Shown piece after piece: positions 12,034-20,407 of a stretch of DNA of 44,173 nt. The notes under the pieces were generated by a model. That model made no database searches. It worked only from the letters and a program-made list of their open reading frames with translations, and was not told the origin of the DNA. Position 1 is the stretch's first letter, and each line of letters starts with the position of its first letter. A program made the translations under genes and the position numbers. Source of the DNA: a bacterium (GTDB taxonomy: Bacteria > Pseudomonadota > Gammaproteobacteria > Burkholderiales > SG8-41); assembly GCA_027310225.1 (NCBI GenBank), contig DAIDBG010000057.1:1-44173 (forward strand), given 5' to 3'.

Positions 12034-12166
12034 CGGCCTTTCGAGGTTGATCTTATCGGGGTCCGCTTGCATCTCCCGGCAGCTTCAGGAAGCGGGCGTT
12101 GCTGCGTGGTGCAGCGCAAAAGCGTAAAATGCTGCAGTTTCGTTACCGGCAGTCGGCGCAAGCTTC

Positions 12167-12583
12167 ATGGTCGGCATCCTGATCATCACCCACGGCACGC
12201 TGGGCGAAGCCCTGATTCATTGCGCGAGCCACGTCCTCAACAGACGCCCGCCGCGGGTAAAGCAGATCGGCATCACCGCCCAGGACGATCCGTTCAACCT
12301 CCTGCCCCAGGGGCGCGCGCTGGTGAAGGAACTCGATGCAGGCGACGGTGTCCTCATCCTCTCCGACATGTACGGCGGCTCGCCGGCCAACATCGCGGCC
12401 AAGCTCATCGTGCCCGGCAAGGTCGAAGGCGTGGCCGGCGTGAACCTGCCCATGCTGATCCGCGTTCTCACTTACCGCGACAAGCCGCTCGCCACCATCG
12501 TTTCCAAGGCGGTGAGCGGCGGATGCGACGGCGTGGTGCGCATCCCGGCGCTCATCGTTAATAATGCTGCAACGGGAAGTTGA
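12167..12583 (+). CDS. PTS EIIA component, mannose/fructose family
   Basis: MVGILIITHGTLGEALIHCASHVL with the phosphorylatable His in the ITHG motif, typical of EIIA-Man. It overlaps ptsH by 20 nt. Confidence 0.85.
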   Translation: MVGILIITHGTLGEALIHCASHVLNRRPPRVKQIGITAQDDPFNLLPQGRALVKELDAGDGVLILSDMYGGSPANIAAKLIVPGKVEGVAGVNLPMLIRVLTYRDKPLATIVSKAVSGGCDGVVRIPALIVNNAATGS

Positions 12584-12833
12584 GATCATCAACAAACTCG
12601 GGTTGCACGCCCGGGCTTCGGCGAAGCTGACGCAGGTTGCCGGCCGGTTCAAGAGCAACATCTCGATCAGCCGCAACGGCCGCCGGGTCAACGCCAAGAG
12701 CATCATGGGGGTCATGATGTTGGCGGCGGCGAAGGGTTCGACGGTGGTGATCGAGGTCGAGGGGCCCGACGAGGAAGAGGCGATGCGGGCGCTCGCTGGC
12801 CTGTTCGCCGGCCGTTTCGAGGAAACCGAGTAA
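12564..12833 (+). CDS. ptsH: Phosphocarrier protein HPr
   Basis: MLQREVEIINKLGLHARASAKL... with the active-site His in GLHARA and the regulatory Ser in NAKSIMGVM. Confidence 0.9.
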   Translation: MLQREVEIINKLGLHARASAKLTQVAGRFKSNISISRNGRRVNAKSIMGVMMLAAAKGSTVVIEVEGPDEEEAMRALAGLFAGRFEETE

Positions 12834-12837
12834 ACTC

Positions 12838-12914
12838 GGGTTCAAGGTTCAGGGTTCAAAGTTCAGGGTTCAAAGTTCAAACCAGAACCCGGAACTTGGA
12901 ACCCGGAACCTGAG
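12838..12914. repeat. Heptad-periodic imperfect palindrome (GTTCARR / GAACYYG units) in the ptsH-ptsI gap
   Basis: The left arm is GGGTTCAAGGTTCAGGGTTCAAAGTTCAGGGTTCAAAGTTC and the right arm is GAACCCGGAACTTGGAACCCGGAACCTG. 12845-12871 pairs with 12885-12911, with A.G mismatches at 12865/12891, 12858/12898 and 12851/12905 (every 7th position). Confidence 0.85.
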
Positions 12915-12934
12915 AGCGGGAACAACGACAGCGC

Positions 12935-14665
12935 ATGAGCTTCACGGTACACGGCATCGGCGTCTCCGGCGGCATCGCCATCGGGCACGCGCACCTGGTG
13001 TCGCACGCCAAGCTCGAGGTCGCGCACTACGTGCTGCCGCCGCACCAGGTGGCGGAGGAATCCGCGCGCTTCGATGACGCGATCCGCAGGGTGCGCGCCG
13101 AGCTGGAAGAGCTGCGCGACAACGTGCCGGCCACGGCCCCGCCGGAGTTCTGCGCGTTCATCAACCTGCACCTGATGATCCTTGGCGATTCGACGCTGTC
13201 GGCCGTGCCGCGCCAGATCATCGAGACGGAGCACTGCAACGCGGAGTGGGCGCTGAAGGTGCAGATGGACGCGCTGCTCGCGCAATTTGACGAGATTGAC
13301 GACGGTTACATGCGAGAGCGCAAGGGCGACGTGATCCAGGTGGTCGAACGGGTCATGAGGGCGCTCTCCGGCCAGCCCGGCTACATTCCCCCACCGCCGT
13401 CGGCGGATTCCGAGCACAACCTGATCCTGATCGCACGCGACCTCTCCCCCGCCGACGTCGTTCAGTTCAAGCAGCACCAGTTCGCGAGCTTCATCACCGA
13501 CCTTGGCGGCACCACCTCGCACACCGCGGTAGTGGCGCGCAGCCTTGCCATCCCCTCGATCGTGGCGCTGCACTCCGCCCGCAAGCTCATCCGCGAAAAC
13601 GAGCTCGTCATCGTGGACGGCACGCAGGGCGTGGTGATGGTGGATCCCGACCAGCAGGTGCTCGCCGAGTACCAGCTGCGCCAGCACCAGTTCGAGCTCG
13701 AACGCCGGAAGCTCAGGCGCCTGAGGGATACCCGCGCCGCCACGCTCGACGGGGTCGTGGTGGACCTCCAGGCCAACATCGAGCTGCCGCGCGACGTCGT
13801 GCAGGCCAGGGAAAACGGCGCGACCGGCATCGGGCTGTTCCGCAGCGAGTTCCTGTTCCTCAACCGGGACGGTCTGCCGGACGAGGACGAGCAGTTCGAG
13901 GCCTATCGCAAGGTCGCCGCGGACATGGACGGCATGCCGGTCACGATCCGGACCTACGATCTCGGCGCGGACAAGCCCGCCAACGGAGGGGAGCCGTGCG
14001 CGACCAACCCCGCGCTGGGGCTGCGCGCGATCCGCCTTTGCCTCACGGAACCGCAGCGCTTCATCACGCAACTGCGCGCCATGCTGCGCGCCTCCCATTA
14101 CGGCAAGATCAACATTCTGATCCCGATGCTCGCAACGGCGGCCGAGGCCGACCAGGCGCTCGCGCTGATCCGTCGCGCCAGGCAGGGCCTCGACGAGGAA
14201 GGCGTGCCCTACGACCGCGGCGTCAAGGTGGGCGGCATGATCGAGGTGCCGGCGGCGGCGCTCGCGCTCGGCATGTTCGTGCGCAAACTCGATTTTCTCT
14301 CGATCGGCACCAACGACCTCATTCAGTACACGCTCGCGATTGACCGCACCGATGACACGGTGGCACACCTCTACGATCCCCTGCACCCGGCCATCCTGAG
14401 CCTCATCGCGGACATCATCAGGACCGCCGACAGGGCCGGGGTGCCGATTGCATTGTGCGGCGAGATGGCGGGGGATGTGTCGCTGACGCGACTGCTGCTC
14501 GCGTTCGGGCTGCGCCAGTACTCGATGCATGCCGCGCACCTGCTCGACGTGAAGCAGGTCATCCTCAAGTCAAACCTCACGCAACTGAAGCCTCTCGCGC
14601 GCAGGATGCTGCGCACCACCGATCGCGAAAAGCTCCACGCGCTGCTCGACAAGCTGAACGCCTGA
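12935..14665 (+). CDS. ptsI: Phosphoenolpyruvate-protein phosphotransferase (PTS enzyme I)
   Basis: 576-aa ORF with EI signatures (GGTTSHTAVVARSLAIPSIV, GIGLFRSEFLF, FLSIGTNDLIQYTLA). Confidence 0.95.
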   Translation: MSFTVHGIGVSGGIAIGHAHLVSHAKLEVAHYVLPPHQVAEESARFDDAIRRVRAELEELRDNVPATAPPEFCAFINLHLMILGDSTLSAVPRQIIETEHCNAEWALKVQMDALLAQFDEIDDGYMRERKGDVIQVVERVMRALSGQPGYIPPPPSADSEHNLILIARDLSPADVVQFKQHQFASFITDLGGTTSHTAVVARSLAIPSIVALHSARKLIRENELVIVDGTQGVVMVDPDQQVLAEYQLRQHQFELERRKLRRLRDTRAATLDGVVVDLQANIELPRDVVQARENGATGIGLFRSEFLFLNRDGLPDEDEQFEAYRKVAADMDGMPVTIRTYDLGADKPANGGEPCATNPALGLRAIRLCLTEPQRFITQLRAMLRASHYGKINILIPMLATAAEADQALALIRRARQGLDEEGVPYDRGVKVGGMIEVPAAALALGMFVRKLDFLSIGTNDLIQYTLAIDRTDDTVAHLYDPLHPAILSLIADIIRTADRAGVPIALCGEMAGDVSLTRLLLAFGLRQYSMHAAHLLDVKQVILKSNLTQLKPLARRMLRTTDREKLHALLDKLNA

Positions 14666-14684
14666 ACCTTGAACTTTGAACCCG
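14663..14684. repeat. Half-copy of the same heptad repeat (TGAACCT TGAACTT TGAACCC), starting at the ptsI stop codon
   Basis: Three tandem TGAACNN units at 7-nt spacing, giving TGA in all three frames. There is no matching opposite arm nearby. Confidence 0.7.
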
Positions 14685-14742
14685 CCCGTCGGGGAATTGA
14701 CAATCTCCCGCCGGGCAGGTAAGGTTTGACCCGCTTCAGGCC

Positions 14743-14795
14743 GCGCCGATTTGATATTCAGCTTGCGGGCGCGTTACAAATCCGGCTAAAGAGAA
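14743..14795 (+). ncRNA. Candidate structured leader (SAM-II-like pseudoknot?) upstream of metX
   Basis: CGCGCC (14743-14748) can pair with GGCGCG (14767-14772). The enclosed GAUUUG can pair with the downstream CAAAUC, which gives H-type pseudoknot topology. The elements CGAUUU, GCUUG and GCUAAAG resemble the metA/metX SAM-II motif as I remember it. This has not been verified with a covariance model. Confidence 0.3.
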
Positions 14796-14815
14796 AACAC
14801 TCCAGTTTTTTCGAA

Positions 14816-14850
14816 CCCGGCCAGCGCAAGCTCGCCGGGTTTTTGTTTTT
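14816..14850 (+). terminator. Intrinsic terminator/attenuator hairpin abutting the metX start codon
   Basis: CCCGGC-cagcgcaagctc-GCCGGG followed by TTTTTGTTTTT, which runs directly into ATG 14851. Confidence 0.65.
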
Positions 14851-16044
14851 ATGGACACGGGAATCGCATCGAAATCGGTGGGCGTCGTCACGCCGCAGAC
14901 CGCGAAATTCACCGAGCCGATCCGGCTCAGGAGCGGCGCGGTGGTGGACGAATACGAGCTCGTTTACGAGACCTACGGCGCGCTCAACGCCGACCGCTCC
15001 AACGCGGTGCTGGTTTGCCATGCGTTGAACGCCGCGCATCACGTCGCCGGCTACTACGCCGACGACCCGGGCAATGTCGGCTGGTGGGACAACATGATCG
15101 GCCCCGGCAAGCCGGTGGACACGGACCGCTTCTTCGTCGTGGGCGTGAACAACCTGGGCGGCTGCCACGGCTCGACCGGCCCCATGAGCATCAATCCGAA
15201 GACCGGCAGGCCGTGGGGCGCGGATTTCCCGGTGGTGACGGTGGAAGACTGGGTCGCGACCCAGGCCCGGCTCGCCGATTATCTCGGCATCCACCGTTTC
15301 GCCGCCGTGATGGGCGGCAGCCTCGGCGCGATGCAGGCGCTCGCCTGGACCTACCACCATCCGCAGCGCGTACGCCATTCGATCGTGATTGCGTGCGCGC
15401 CCAATCTCTCGGCGCAGAACATCGCGTTCAACGAGGTCGCGCGCCAGGCCATCATCACCGATCCGGATTTCCACGGCGGGCACTATTACGAGCACCACAC
15501 GCAGCCGACGCGGGGTCTGCGCGTGGCGCGCATGATCGGTCACATCACCTATCTGTCGGACGACGAGATGGCCGCCAAATTCGGGCGGCAGTTGAGGAAC
15601 GGCAGGCCCAACTACTCGTTCGACACCGAGTTCGAGATCGAGTCGTACCTGCGCCACCAGGGCAGCAAGTTCTCCGAGTACTTCGACGCCAACACGTATC
15701 TGCGCATCACCAAGGTGCTCGACTACTTCGACCCGGCGCTCGATCACGGCGGCAGCCTGGCGAAAGCGCTCGCGCCCGCGCAGGCGAAATTCCTGGTGGT
15801 CTCGTTCACCACCGACTGGCGCTTCTCGCCGGAGCGCTCGCGCGAGATCGTGAAAGCGCTGCTCGACAACCGGCTCGACGTCACCTACGCCGAGATCAAC
15901 GCGCCGCACGGGCACGACGCGTTCCTGCTCGAGGACCCGCGCTACCACCGCCTGATCGCGGCCTATTTCGACCGCATCGGCAGGGAAGCACCGCCGGGCC
16001 CGGGAGCAGGGATCGGTGAAACGCGGAGCAGGGGCCCCGCATGA
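14851..16044 (+). CDS. metX: Homoserine O-acyltransferase (MetX family)
   Basis: [12 protein letters not shown]...[33 protein letters not shown]...[10 protein letters not shown] is the alpha/beta-hydrolase MetX pattern. It is followed by metW. The start is taken from the ORF track and has no visible Shine-Dalgarno. Confidence 0.9.
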   Translation: MDTGIASKSVGVVTPQTAKFTEPIRLRSGAVVDEYELVYETYGALNADRSNAVLVCHALNAAHHVAGYYADDPGNVGWWDNMIGPGKPVDTDRFFVVGVNNLGGCHGSTGPMSINPKTGRPWGADFPVVTVEDWVATQARLADYLGIHRFAAVMGGSLGAMQALAWTYHHPQRVRHSIVIACAPNLSAQNIAFNEVARQAIITDPDFHGGHYYEHHTQPTRGLRVARMIGHITYLSDDEMAAKFGRQLRNGRPNYSFDTEFEIESYLRHQGSKFSEYFDANTYLRITKVLDYFDPALDHGGSLAKALAPAQAKFLVVSFTTDWRFSPERSREIVKALLDNRLDVTYAEINAPHGHDAFLLEDPRYHRLIAAYFDRIGREAPPGPGAGIGETRSRGPA

Positions 16045-16126
16045 GGGGGTGTGACCAGGGCGAACGCGGTTGCCGCCGGCACCCAATGGCAGATATTCGG
16101 CGCAGCGCATCGGAGGCGGCAGGGGC

Positions 16127-16732
16127 ATGAGGAACGGCAACGGCACCATTACGCAGCGGCCCGATTTCGCCGCGATTGCCGGCTGGGTGAGCCTGGGCTC
16201 GAGCGTGCTCGACCTGGGCTGCGGCGACGGCAGCCTCCTGCGCTACCTGAGGGAGAGCCGGCGCGTCACCGGCTACGGCGTGGAAATCGACGACGACCGC
16301 GTGGCTGCGTGCGTGAAGAACGGCGTCAACGCGATCCAGACCGACCTCGAGCGCGGGCTCACGGAGTTCGAGAGCCGCTCCTTCGACTACGTGATCCTGT
16401 CGCAGACCCTGCAGGCGGTGAAGAACAGCGAGCGCATCATTCGCGACATGCTGCGCGTGGGGCGCGAGGGCATCGTCACCTTCCCCAACTTCGGCTACTG
16501 GAAGAACCGCTGGCACGTGCTGACCGGGCACATGCCGGTGTCCGAGAACCTGCCCTACGAGTGGTTCGACACGCCCAACGTGCACCTGTGCACGATCGCC
16601 GACTTCGAGCGCTTCTGCGCCGGCCACGGCGTGAAGGTCCTCGAGCGCAAGGTGCTCACGCGCGGGAAACCCGTGAGCGCGCTGCCGAACCTGCTCGGCG
16701 CGCTGGCCGTGTACCGCTTCCAGCGGGCGTAA
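16127..16732 (+). CDS. metW: Methionine biosynthesis protein MetW
   Basis: RPDFAAIAGWVSLGSSVLDLGCGDGSLLRYL...GYGVEID...VILSQTLQAV is the MetW family pattern. ATG at 16127 gives the usual ~200-aa length; the longest ORF starts at 16070. Confidence 0.9.
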   Translation: MRNGNGTITQRPDFAAIAGWVSLGSSVLDLGCGDGSLLRYLRESRRVTGYGVEIDDDRVAACVKNGVNAIQTDLERGLTEFESRSFDYVILSQTLQAVKNSERIIRDMLRVGREGIVTFPNFGYWKNRWHVLTGHMPVSENLPYEWFDTPNVHLCTIADFERFCAGHGVKVLERKVLTRGKPVSALPNLLGALAVYRFQRA

Positions 16733-16735
16733 GAG

Positions 16736-16951
16736 TTAATAGATGATGCTGTGCGGAAACCGGCGCAGGGGGAAGCGGCGCCGGTCTTCCCGCCACGGTG
16801 CACCCAGTTGCGGATGCGCACAGAGGAGCCCGAGAGCACGTTCGAATTCCGCAATGAAAGCAAGCCCGAGTTCGGCGCCGGCTTACCGGGCGTAGTAGAC
16901 AGCTTCCTCGGTCAGCTCCCGGTCTGCCTCGGGACTAACCGATGGGGTCAT
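16736..16951 (-). pseudogene. ParE/RelE-type toxin remnant with an in-frame TAA and a C-terminal truncation
   Basis: My translation is MTPSVSPEADRELTEEAVYYAR*AGAELGLAFIAEFERALGLLCAHPQLGAPWREDRRRFPLRRFPHSIIY*. The premature TAA is at 16883-16885. The reading frame ends at 16736, where about 25 C-terminal residues of the family would still be expected. Its ATG overlaps the antitoxin stop (ATGA). Confidence 0.6.
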
Positions 16952-17168
16952 TTGACCGCGGCGCGCGCGCGGGCGATGGCGTCAGCCGCGGGAACGAGCT
17001 TGGCGCGGCCGCTCTCGATCTCCTTGATGCGCCGCTCGACCTCGATCGCCCACGCTCGATGTCTTTGTCCTCAAAGAGGCTGGCAATCAACCGGTCGGCG
17101 AGCCGCGCCCGCTCTTCCGCGGTGAGCTTGAGCGCCCGTGCTTCTATGACCTCGAGTTCGGTCGGCAT
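16948..17168 (-). pseudogene. Frameshifted 'addiction module component' antitoxin (TIGR02574-like)
   Basis: The N-terminal half MPTELEVIEARALKLTAEERARLADRLIASLFEDKDIE continues in another frame as WAIEVERRIKEIESGRAKLVPAADAIARARAAVK*. A 1-nt loss near 17054 would explain the shift. Confidence 0.7.
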
Positions 17169-17269
17169 AAGTAGCCTCGAAATGCCAATCAGCCCGGTAA
17201 TGATACCTCGCACGGACCCGGTTTTCTATCTGCGTCCTCCGCGTCCTGCGGTGAGAGGTGGTCTTCGCA

Positions 17270-18163
17270 CTAGCCGCCGATCCTGTTGCGCAGCAGCCCG
17301 AGCCCCACGATCTCCGTCTCCAGCACATCCCCCGGCTTCAGGAATTCCGGGGGCGTGCGCGCGTAGCCCACGCCGGAGGGCGTACCGGTCGCGATGATGT
17401 CTCCTGCTTCCAGCGTCAGCCCCAGCGAGAGCTCGGCGATGATGCGCGGCAGCTTGAAATACATGCAGCTCGTATTCGAGTCCTGCTTGACCACGCCATT
17501 GACGCGTGTCGTGAGGCGCAGGTCGCCCGGGTCGGAAATCTCGTCGGCGGTAGCGATCCACGGACCCGTGGGGCACGAGCCATCGAGGCTCTTGCCCTTG
17601 AACCACTGGTTGTGCCGGCGCTGCAGGTCGCGCGCCGAGACGTCATTGATCACGGTGTAGCCGAAGACGTGCTTCATCGCCGCAGCATCGGAAATGTTGC
17701 GCCCCCCCGGCCCGATGATGACGCCGAGCTCGACCTCCCAGTCGATTTTTTCCGAGGCCGTTGCGTCGAACGGGATCGCGTCGTAGGGGCCGGTGACCGC
17801 GGTTGCGGCCTTGGAGAAGAAAGCGGGGTGTTCGGGCAGGTCCACTTTCTGGGTGCGGCTCTTCGCCCCCTCCTCGAAGTGATCGAGGTAGTTCCAGCCG
17901 ACGCAGAACACGTTCTTGCGCGGGCGCGGAATCGGCGCCGCCAGCCGCACGCGCTCGAGCGGAACCGTCTCCTTCGCCTTCGCCGCGACATCGCGCAGCC
18001 ACGCCAGCGCACGGTCACCAGCGGCGATCAGCGAAATCATGTCCGCCGCATCGAACGGCGGCTTGCCGCCGACGGCCGCCAGATCCGCCACCCGGTTGCC
18101 TTCGCGCACGAGCCCGACGCGCGGCGATGCACCGGGTTTTGGAACAAAAGTCACGAGCCGCAC
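17270..18163 (-). CDS. Fumarylacetoacetate hydrolase (FAH) family protein
   Basis: VRLVTF...PRKNVFCVGWNYLDHFEE...IDWEVELGVIIG...GYTVINDVSARDLQ...KGKSLDGSCPTGPW...GDIIATGTPSGVG. GTG at 18163 follows AGGGAGG. The rest of the 543-aa ORF-track entry is antisense to ampG. Confidence 0.85.
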   Translation of the reverse strand: MRLVTFVPKPGASPRVGLVREGNRVADLAAVGGKPPFDAADMISLIAAGDRALAWLRDVAAKAKETVPLERVRLAAPIPRPRKNVFCVGWNYLDHFEEGAKSRTQKVDLPEHPAFFSKAATAVTGPYDAIPFDATASEKIDWEVELGVIIGPGGRNISDAAAMKHVFGYTVINDVSARDLQRRHNQWFKGKSLDGSCPTGPWIATADEISDPGDLRLTTRVNGVVKQDSNTSCMYFKLPRIIAELSLGLTLEAGDIIATGTPSGVGYARTPPEFLKPGDVLETEIVGLGLLRNRIGG

Positions 18164-18225
18164 TTCATCCTCCCTTTCCAGAAAAACAAATCGTTTGCCC
18201 CATTTGCGCTCCTTTCCCGCAACGA

Positions 18226-19485
18226 TCAATAGGCCTGCCCGCCGGCGGGCGCGGGCGCAAGCCGCCCGCGCAGCAGCCACAGCAGCCACAACCCCGGCAG
18301 CGCCGCAATGAAGGTGAGGAAGAAGAAGTTCGCCCACCCGAACGCGCTGACGAGCTCGCCCGCGAGCGGCCCGAACAGCACGCGCCCGAGCGATGCGAGC
18401 GCCGAGAGCAGGGCGTACTGCGTTGCGCTGAACGCCACGTTGCACAGGCTCATGGCGAGCGCGACGAAGGCGGCGGTGCCCATGCCGCTCGCCAGGTTCT
18501 CGAAGCTCACCGCGAACACGAGCCAGGCGTAGCTCTTTCCCGACCAGGCAAGGAACATGAACGAGAGGTTGGAGATCGCCTGCAGCATGCCGAACCACAT
18601 CAGCGCGCGGTAGAGGCTCATGCGCGTGAGCAACGTGCCGCCCACGAGCGCGCCCAGCAGGAGCGAGACGAGGCCGAGGCCCTTGTTGATGACACCGACG
18701 TCGGTGGGCGTGAAACCGACGCCGCGAATCAGGAACGCGGTGATGAGGGTGCCGGCGAGCGCATCGCCGAACTTGTAGAGCATGATGAGCAGCAACAGCT
18801 GCACGGCGCCGGCGCGCGTGAAGAAGTCCCTGAGCGGCTCGATCACGGCGGCGCGCAGCGTGATGGGCGCCGCCGGCGGCATCGCCGGTTCGGGGGCCCA
18901 CAGCGCGGCGCCGACCCCGATCAGCATCAACGCCGCCATCGCGACGTAGGTCGGCCGCCAGCCGATCTGATCGGCGAGGATCAGGGCGAGCCCGCCCGAC
19001 ACCAGGATGGCGATGCGGTATCCCAGCACGCTGACCGCCGCCCCCACCCCGCGCTCCGCCACGAGGAGGATGTCGGTGCGGTAGGCGTCAATCACGATGT
19101 CCTGGGAGGCGGAAACGAAAGCGACCCACAGTGCGAACAGGCCGAGCAGGAGCAGCGAATCGTCGGGCGAGGTCGCCGCCATCCCCAGCATGCCGGCCAC
19201 CAACGCAGCCTGGGTCATCACGATCCAGCCGCGGCGGCGCCCGAGCCACGGCGGGACGAAGCGGTCCATGAGCGGCGACCACAGGAACTTCAGGAGGTAC
19301 GGCACGCCGATCCAGGTAAACCACGCGATCGTCCTGATGTCCACGCCGCTCACGGTGAGCCAGGCTTGCAGCGTGCCGCCCGTCAACGCGAGCGGCAGCC
19401 CGGAGGCGAAGCCGAGCAACAGCACCACCGCCACGCGGCGACTGCGGAAGACTTCGAGGTGCGCCGTGAGCGCTTCGGGCTTCAA
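18226..19485 (-). CDS. ampG: AmpG family muropeptide MFS permease
   Basis: LLLGFASGLPLALTGGTLQAWLTVSGVDIRTI...YLLKFLWSPLMDRFVPPWLGRRRGW is collinear with E. coli AmpG. The TTG start overlaps the xthA stop by 4 nt. Confidence 0.9.
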   Translation of the reverse strand: MKPEALTAHLEVFRSRRVAVVLLLGFASGLPLALTGGTLQAWLTVSGVDIRTIAWFTWIGVPYLLKFLWSPLMDRFVPPWLGRRRGWIVMTQAALVAGMLGMAATSPDDSLLLLGLFALWVAFVSASQDIVIDAYRTDILLVAERGVGAAVSVLGYRIAILVSGGLALILADQIGWRPTYVAMAALMLIGVGAALWAPEPAMPPAAPITLRAAVIEPLRDFFTRAGAVQLLLLIMLYKFGDALAGTLITAFLIRGVGFTPTDVGVINKGLGLVSLLLGALVGGTLLTRMSLYRALMWFGMLQAISNLSFMFLAWSGKSYAWLVFAVSFENLASGMGTAAFVALAMSLCNVAFSATQYALLSALASLGRVLFGPLAGELVSAFGWANFFFLTFIAALPGLWLLWLLRGRLAPAPAGGQAY

Positions 19486-20297
19486 GCGTCCGGCCCACCG
19501 GCCGGCAGCCGCACGGCCCCCTGCGCGTAATCGTATTCGATGGTCAGGGGCGCGTGATCGGAGAACCGCTTCGCCTTGTAGATCGCCACGCGCCTCGCGG
19601 TCGCCGCGAGGCGCGGCGTGGCGATCTGGTAATCAATGCGCCAGCCCACGTTCTTCGACCACGCCTGCCCGCGGTTGCTCCACCACGTATAGGCTCCGCC
19701 CGTCGTGTTCGGATGCAGCCGGCGATAAACGTCCACCCAGCCCAGCTCGCCGAACACGCGGGTGAGCCAGGCGCGCTCCTCGGGCAGGAAGCCCGAGTTC
19801 TTCTGGTTGCCGCGCCAGTTCTTGAGATCAATCTCCTTGTGCGCGATGTTCCAGTCACCGCACAAAAGAATCTCGCGGCTCTCACCCGCGAGGTTCTTCA
19901 AATGGGGAAGGAAAGAATCCATGAACTCGAACTTGGCCTTCTGCCGGTGCGGGCCGCTGGAGCCGGACGGCAGATACACCGAGATCACGGAGAGCGGCCC
20001 GAAATCGGCGCGCAGGTAGCGCCCCTCGCTGTCGATGTCGCGGACGCCGATGCCCTCGACGACCCGGTCGGGCGCGCGCCGGCAGTAAAGGCCGACCCCG
20101 CTGTAGCCCTTCTTCTCCGCGCAGTGGAAGAATCCCCGGTAGCTTCCCGGCCCGCGCATCTCCGGCGACAGGTCGGCGGCCTGCGCTTTCAGCTCCTGCA
20201 CGCACACCACATCGGCCCGGCTTCGCGTCATCCAGGCGAAGAAGCCCTTGCGCGCGGCGGAGCGGATGCCGTTGAGATTCAACGTTATAATTCTCAT
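19482..20297 (-). CDS. xthA: Exodeoxyribonuclease III
   Basis: MRIITLNLNGIRSAARKGFFAWM...ADVVCVQELK...CGDWNIAH...RIDY...FSDHAPL is the EEP-family Xth pattern. Confidence 0.9.
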   Translation of the reverse strand: MRIITLNLNGIRSAARKGFFAWMTRSRADVVCVQELKAQAADLSPEMRGPGSYRGFFHCAEKKGYSGVGLYCRRAPDRVVEGIGVRDIDSEGRYLRADFGPLSVISVYLPSGSSGPHRQKAKFEFMDSFLPHLKNLAGESREILLCGDWNIAHKEIDLKNWRGNQKNSGFLPEERAWLTRVFGELGWVDVYRRLHPNTTGGAYTWWSNRGQAWSKNVGWRIDYQIATPRLAATARRVAIYKAKRFSDHAPLTIEYDYAQGAVRLPAGGPDA

Positions 20298-20407
20298 GGT
20301 TCTAAACGGGCACGACGCATTCCTGGCTCATTCGACCCGGACGCGCCCGAGGGGCGCGCCGGTCAATTCGCCCCATGGAAGACGACGCGACGCATGAGCA
20401 TCACTGC

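Noticed and set aside
12863-14539. 558-aa minus-strand ORF opposite ptsI (also 14758-16149 opposite metX, 7989-9200 opposite amtB, 9457-10731 opposite gshA, 10915-12072 opposite gshB)
   Set aside because: All are antisense shadow ORFs with Arg/His/Asp-rich composition. The opposite strand encodes unmistakable conserved proteins in each case.
14806-14825. TTCGAACCCGG, resembling a tRNA T-arm
   Set aside because: There is no acceptor, D or anticodon stem around it. The sequence forms the 5' half of the terminator hairpin in front of metX.
16555-16863. 102-aa minus-strand ORF overlapping the metW 3' end
   Set aside because: It is out of frame with the toxin remnant and antisense to metW, with low-complexity Ser/Arg content. 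The TA-remnant reading explains this region better.
17270-18901. Full 543-aa ORF-track entry for the FAH-family gene
   Set aside because: Only the C-terminal 297 aa resemble FAH-family proteins. The N-terminal extension is antisense to ampG. A GTG at 18163 preceded by AGGGAGG gives the typical MRLVTF-type N-terminus.
17803-19530. 575-aa plus-strand ORF
   Set aside because: It lies antisense to ampG and the FAH gene. The translation is Arg/Pro/Glu-rich low complexity, and the minus-strand products have clear family signatures.
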